A stretch of DNA of 64,000 bases from Tubiluchus corallicola. Its lineage: Eukaryota; Animalia; Priapulida. The notes beneath the pieces are model-generated. The model saw only the letters and a program-made list of their open reading frames with translations. It had not been told where the DNA came from and did no database searches. A program made the position numbers and the translations under genes. The stretch's first letter is position 1. Each line of letters begins with the position of its first letter. Positions 61,932 to 64,000 of the stretch are shown in pieces. Where the stretch lies: contig JAQGDQ010000001.1 in the NCBI GenBank assembly GCA_030141605.1, positions 2,852,001 to 2,916,000 on the forward strand, given 5' to 3'.

Positions 61932-62889
61932 CAGTGGTCACCGCTTAATAGACTCACTTTGGGACAGACATGTTTTGACCCAATTAACCAATTGAACCTA
62001 TTAACCCATGGGTGTAGTACTACTGCTATAGAAGTATGAGTCATCAGCTTACTTTGCACTACAAAGGCTTTTAATCAATTGTAGAAACGAAGTAATGCCT
62101 AAATTTCTTTGTGCAACTAAAAATTAGAAAAAAATATTTTAAAATATTAATTTATATAAGTGAATTAACAATAAATTAAAAATGACTATTAATGGCTATT
62201 ATACTTTTTTAAATCACACAAGTCTGTTTATTTGCAAAAATTACAAAAATGCCTTCAAAGTTGGCTGCTGCATTTTCTCGCGAAGAAACTGGCTCACAAA
62301 TTCTTGTAATTGTAAAAACGTTGAAAATCTGTTGTTATGCGTGACTAAAATAGTTCTCTTATTTGCTGCAGGATGTTTGCACTTGTAAGTCACAAGGAAT
62401 ACCAGTTGATTATACTGTACCTGTATCTTTAATTGTTAACTCATTAAGCCCGAAGGCGTGATTTGTTACTAGAGCATCAAAAGGAAACTGCTAGGCAAGT
62501 TTAGCTTCCAGAAATCTTTGGCTAATGAGGTTAATTGCAGTAGGCAAGCAGGTAACAGATTTAAAGCAAAACTGCTAGGCTAGCGTATTAGCCCATGATA
62601 AACGTTCCTGTTTACAAACAAAACGGTACTTAACTTGATTGTTTCTACATATATAATGCACAAAAGGGAAGTAAAGATGACATAAAAGTAGGAAAGGCTG
62701 TTTGGGCACATACAAATGTCTTATTTTAGGTACGTGAAGGAAAAATATTGAGTCAATTAAGTGAAGTTAGATGAGTCAATTACCGATAGTTTTATGTATA
62801 TTTGAATAGAAGCGGCCCGTTCCAGGCGTTTTTGAGTCAATTAAGCGATTGAGTCTATTAACCGCGAGTCTATTAAGTTGCGACTACTG
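61932..62889. mobile_element. pogo/Tc1-mariner-type MITE, copy 2 (958 bp)
   Basis: TA|CAGTGGTCACCGCTTAATAGACTC ... GAGTCTATTAAGTTGCGACTACTG|TA; same family and orientation as copy 1. Confidence 0.88.
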
Positions 62890-64000
62890 TATTACTTTTA
62901 CTCGCCTTATTTCACTTTCGCGCCTCCTAGATTTTAAGCCAGGATTTGCGTGGCTTGATGCCATTATTTTTGCAATCCGCAAAGCCTTTGTGCCCTTTCT
63001 AAAATGGTATTAATAATGTAAGGATTAAAACCCATATTCGAAGCCAAAGAAAAGATAATTTAGTTTAATGATTATTAATAATCCTAGTAAATATGGTTTT
63101 GCTTTTAGTAGCATGCATTATTATATAATTATATAACAATTATATTATATTGTTATATTACATTATTATATAACAAGCAATGTAAAAGGCTTGCCACTAT
63201 CACCATCATTGTCATCAAATAAAGTACCCCTACTCTTTCTATGAAGCAGCACCTCCTATTTAATTTCTCTGCTAGTCATGCTACATGGTAGACTGTAATT
63301 AATTTCATTTTTGAATGTCGATAAAAAAATTATGGCTATTCTCGAATAGCATTTTCAAACTGAAATTGTTAACATTCGTAATTTTTACAGAGTATTTAAA
63401 AGAGTATTCTTACACAAAGAATATATATTACTGTGTCTAAATTTTGTTCTTCATTCTGTTCTGCAAATTGACTGTAATGAGCTTTAACAGTTGCACTGAT
63501 GCACCAGTTTCAGTTTGATTTTGGCACCATTTTGCATTTTAAAGGAAAACCGGATGATTGTGTAAACACGAGTTCAGAATAAAGAATGCTCTAAAATATT
63601 GAAAACTACAATTGCTTATTTTAAATCAAAGCTTAGATTAAATAATAATTATTGCCTCGGATACTCAAATTTTGTTAAACTTTCAAAGCTACGTGCGGCT
63701 CAGTGAATCTACTAATATTGGCTCGGCGCCTTTAGGTCACGTGCGCGTGATAACCATGATCATGAACTGCTGTGTTAGTTTCATAACATCATATGATGTA
63801 AAGCCCATTTTTCGTGACATCATGCGTTTTAGCAGTACTGTAACACCTATGCAAATGTGCTTGATGCACAAGGGAAGACGCCTGCCATTGCACAAACTGT
63901 GGTTAGTTTCTGACGTAAGCAATAGTTGTGTTCGGTTGCCATTAATTAACTTTCTAAGCTAATTATTCAAATATAAGGAACAATTGTTACCTTTTATAAG

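Overview
This is an AT-rich metazoan (invertebrate-like) genomic window holding three complete, intron-rich protein-coding genes that I reconstructed exon by exon with consistent reading-frame phase. They are alpha-catulin (CTNNAL1-like, + strand, 18 coding exons, 487..36135, 772 aa), translation initiation factor eIF2A (- strand, 16 coding exons, 39313..52599, 522 aa) and a TXNDC15-like membrane thioredoxin (+ strand, 3 coding exons, 56780..59552, 285 aa). Introns and intergenic DNA carry many transposon relics: a BEL/Pao LTR element (28459..33083; near-identical LTRs, 5-bp TSD, tRNA-Tyr PBS) nested in a CR1-type LINE, several CR1/L2 LINE fragments, a hAT-like element with an apparent 6-bp TSD, and pogo/Tc1-type MITEs. 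The three most notable observations are: two consecutive minor-spliceosome (U12-type) introns in eIF2A, one GT-AG and one AT-AC, flanking one 102-nt exon; a GC-rich in-frame extension after the leaky-context CAA-TGA-CAA stop of alpha-catulin (readthrough candidate); and a full CPFC dithiol motif in the TXNDC15 homolog. Family assignments come from recalled motifs, not database searches. I found no clearly new multi-gene system.
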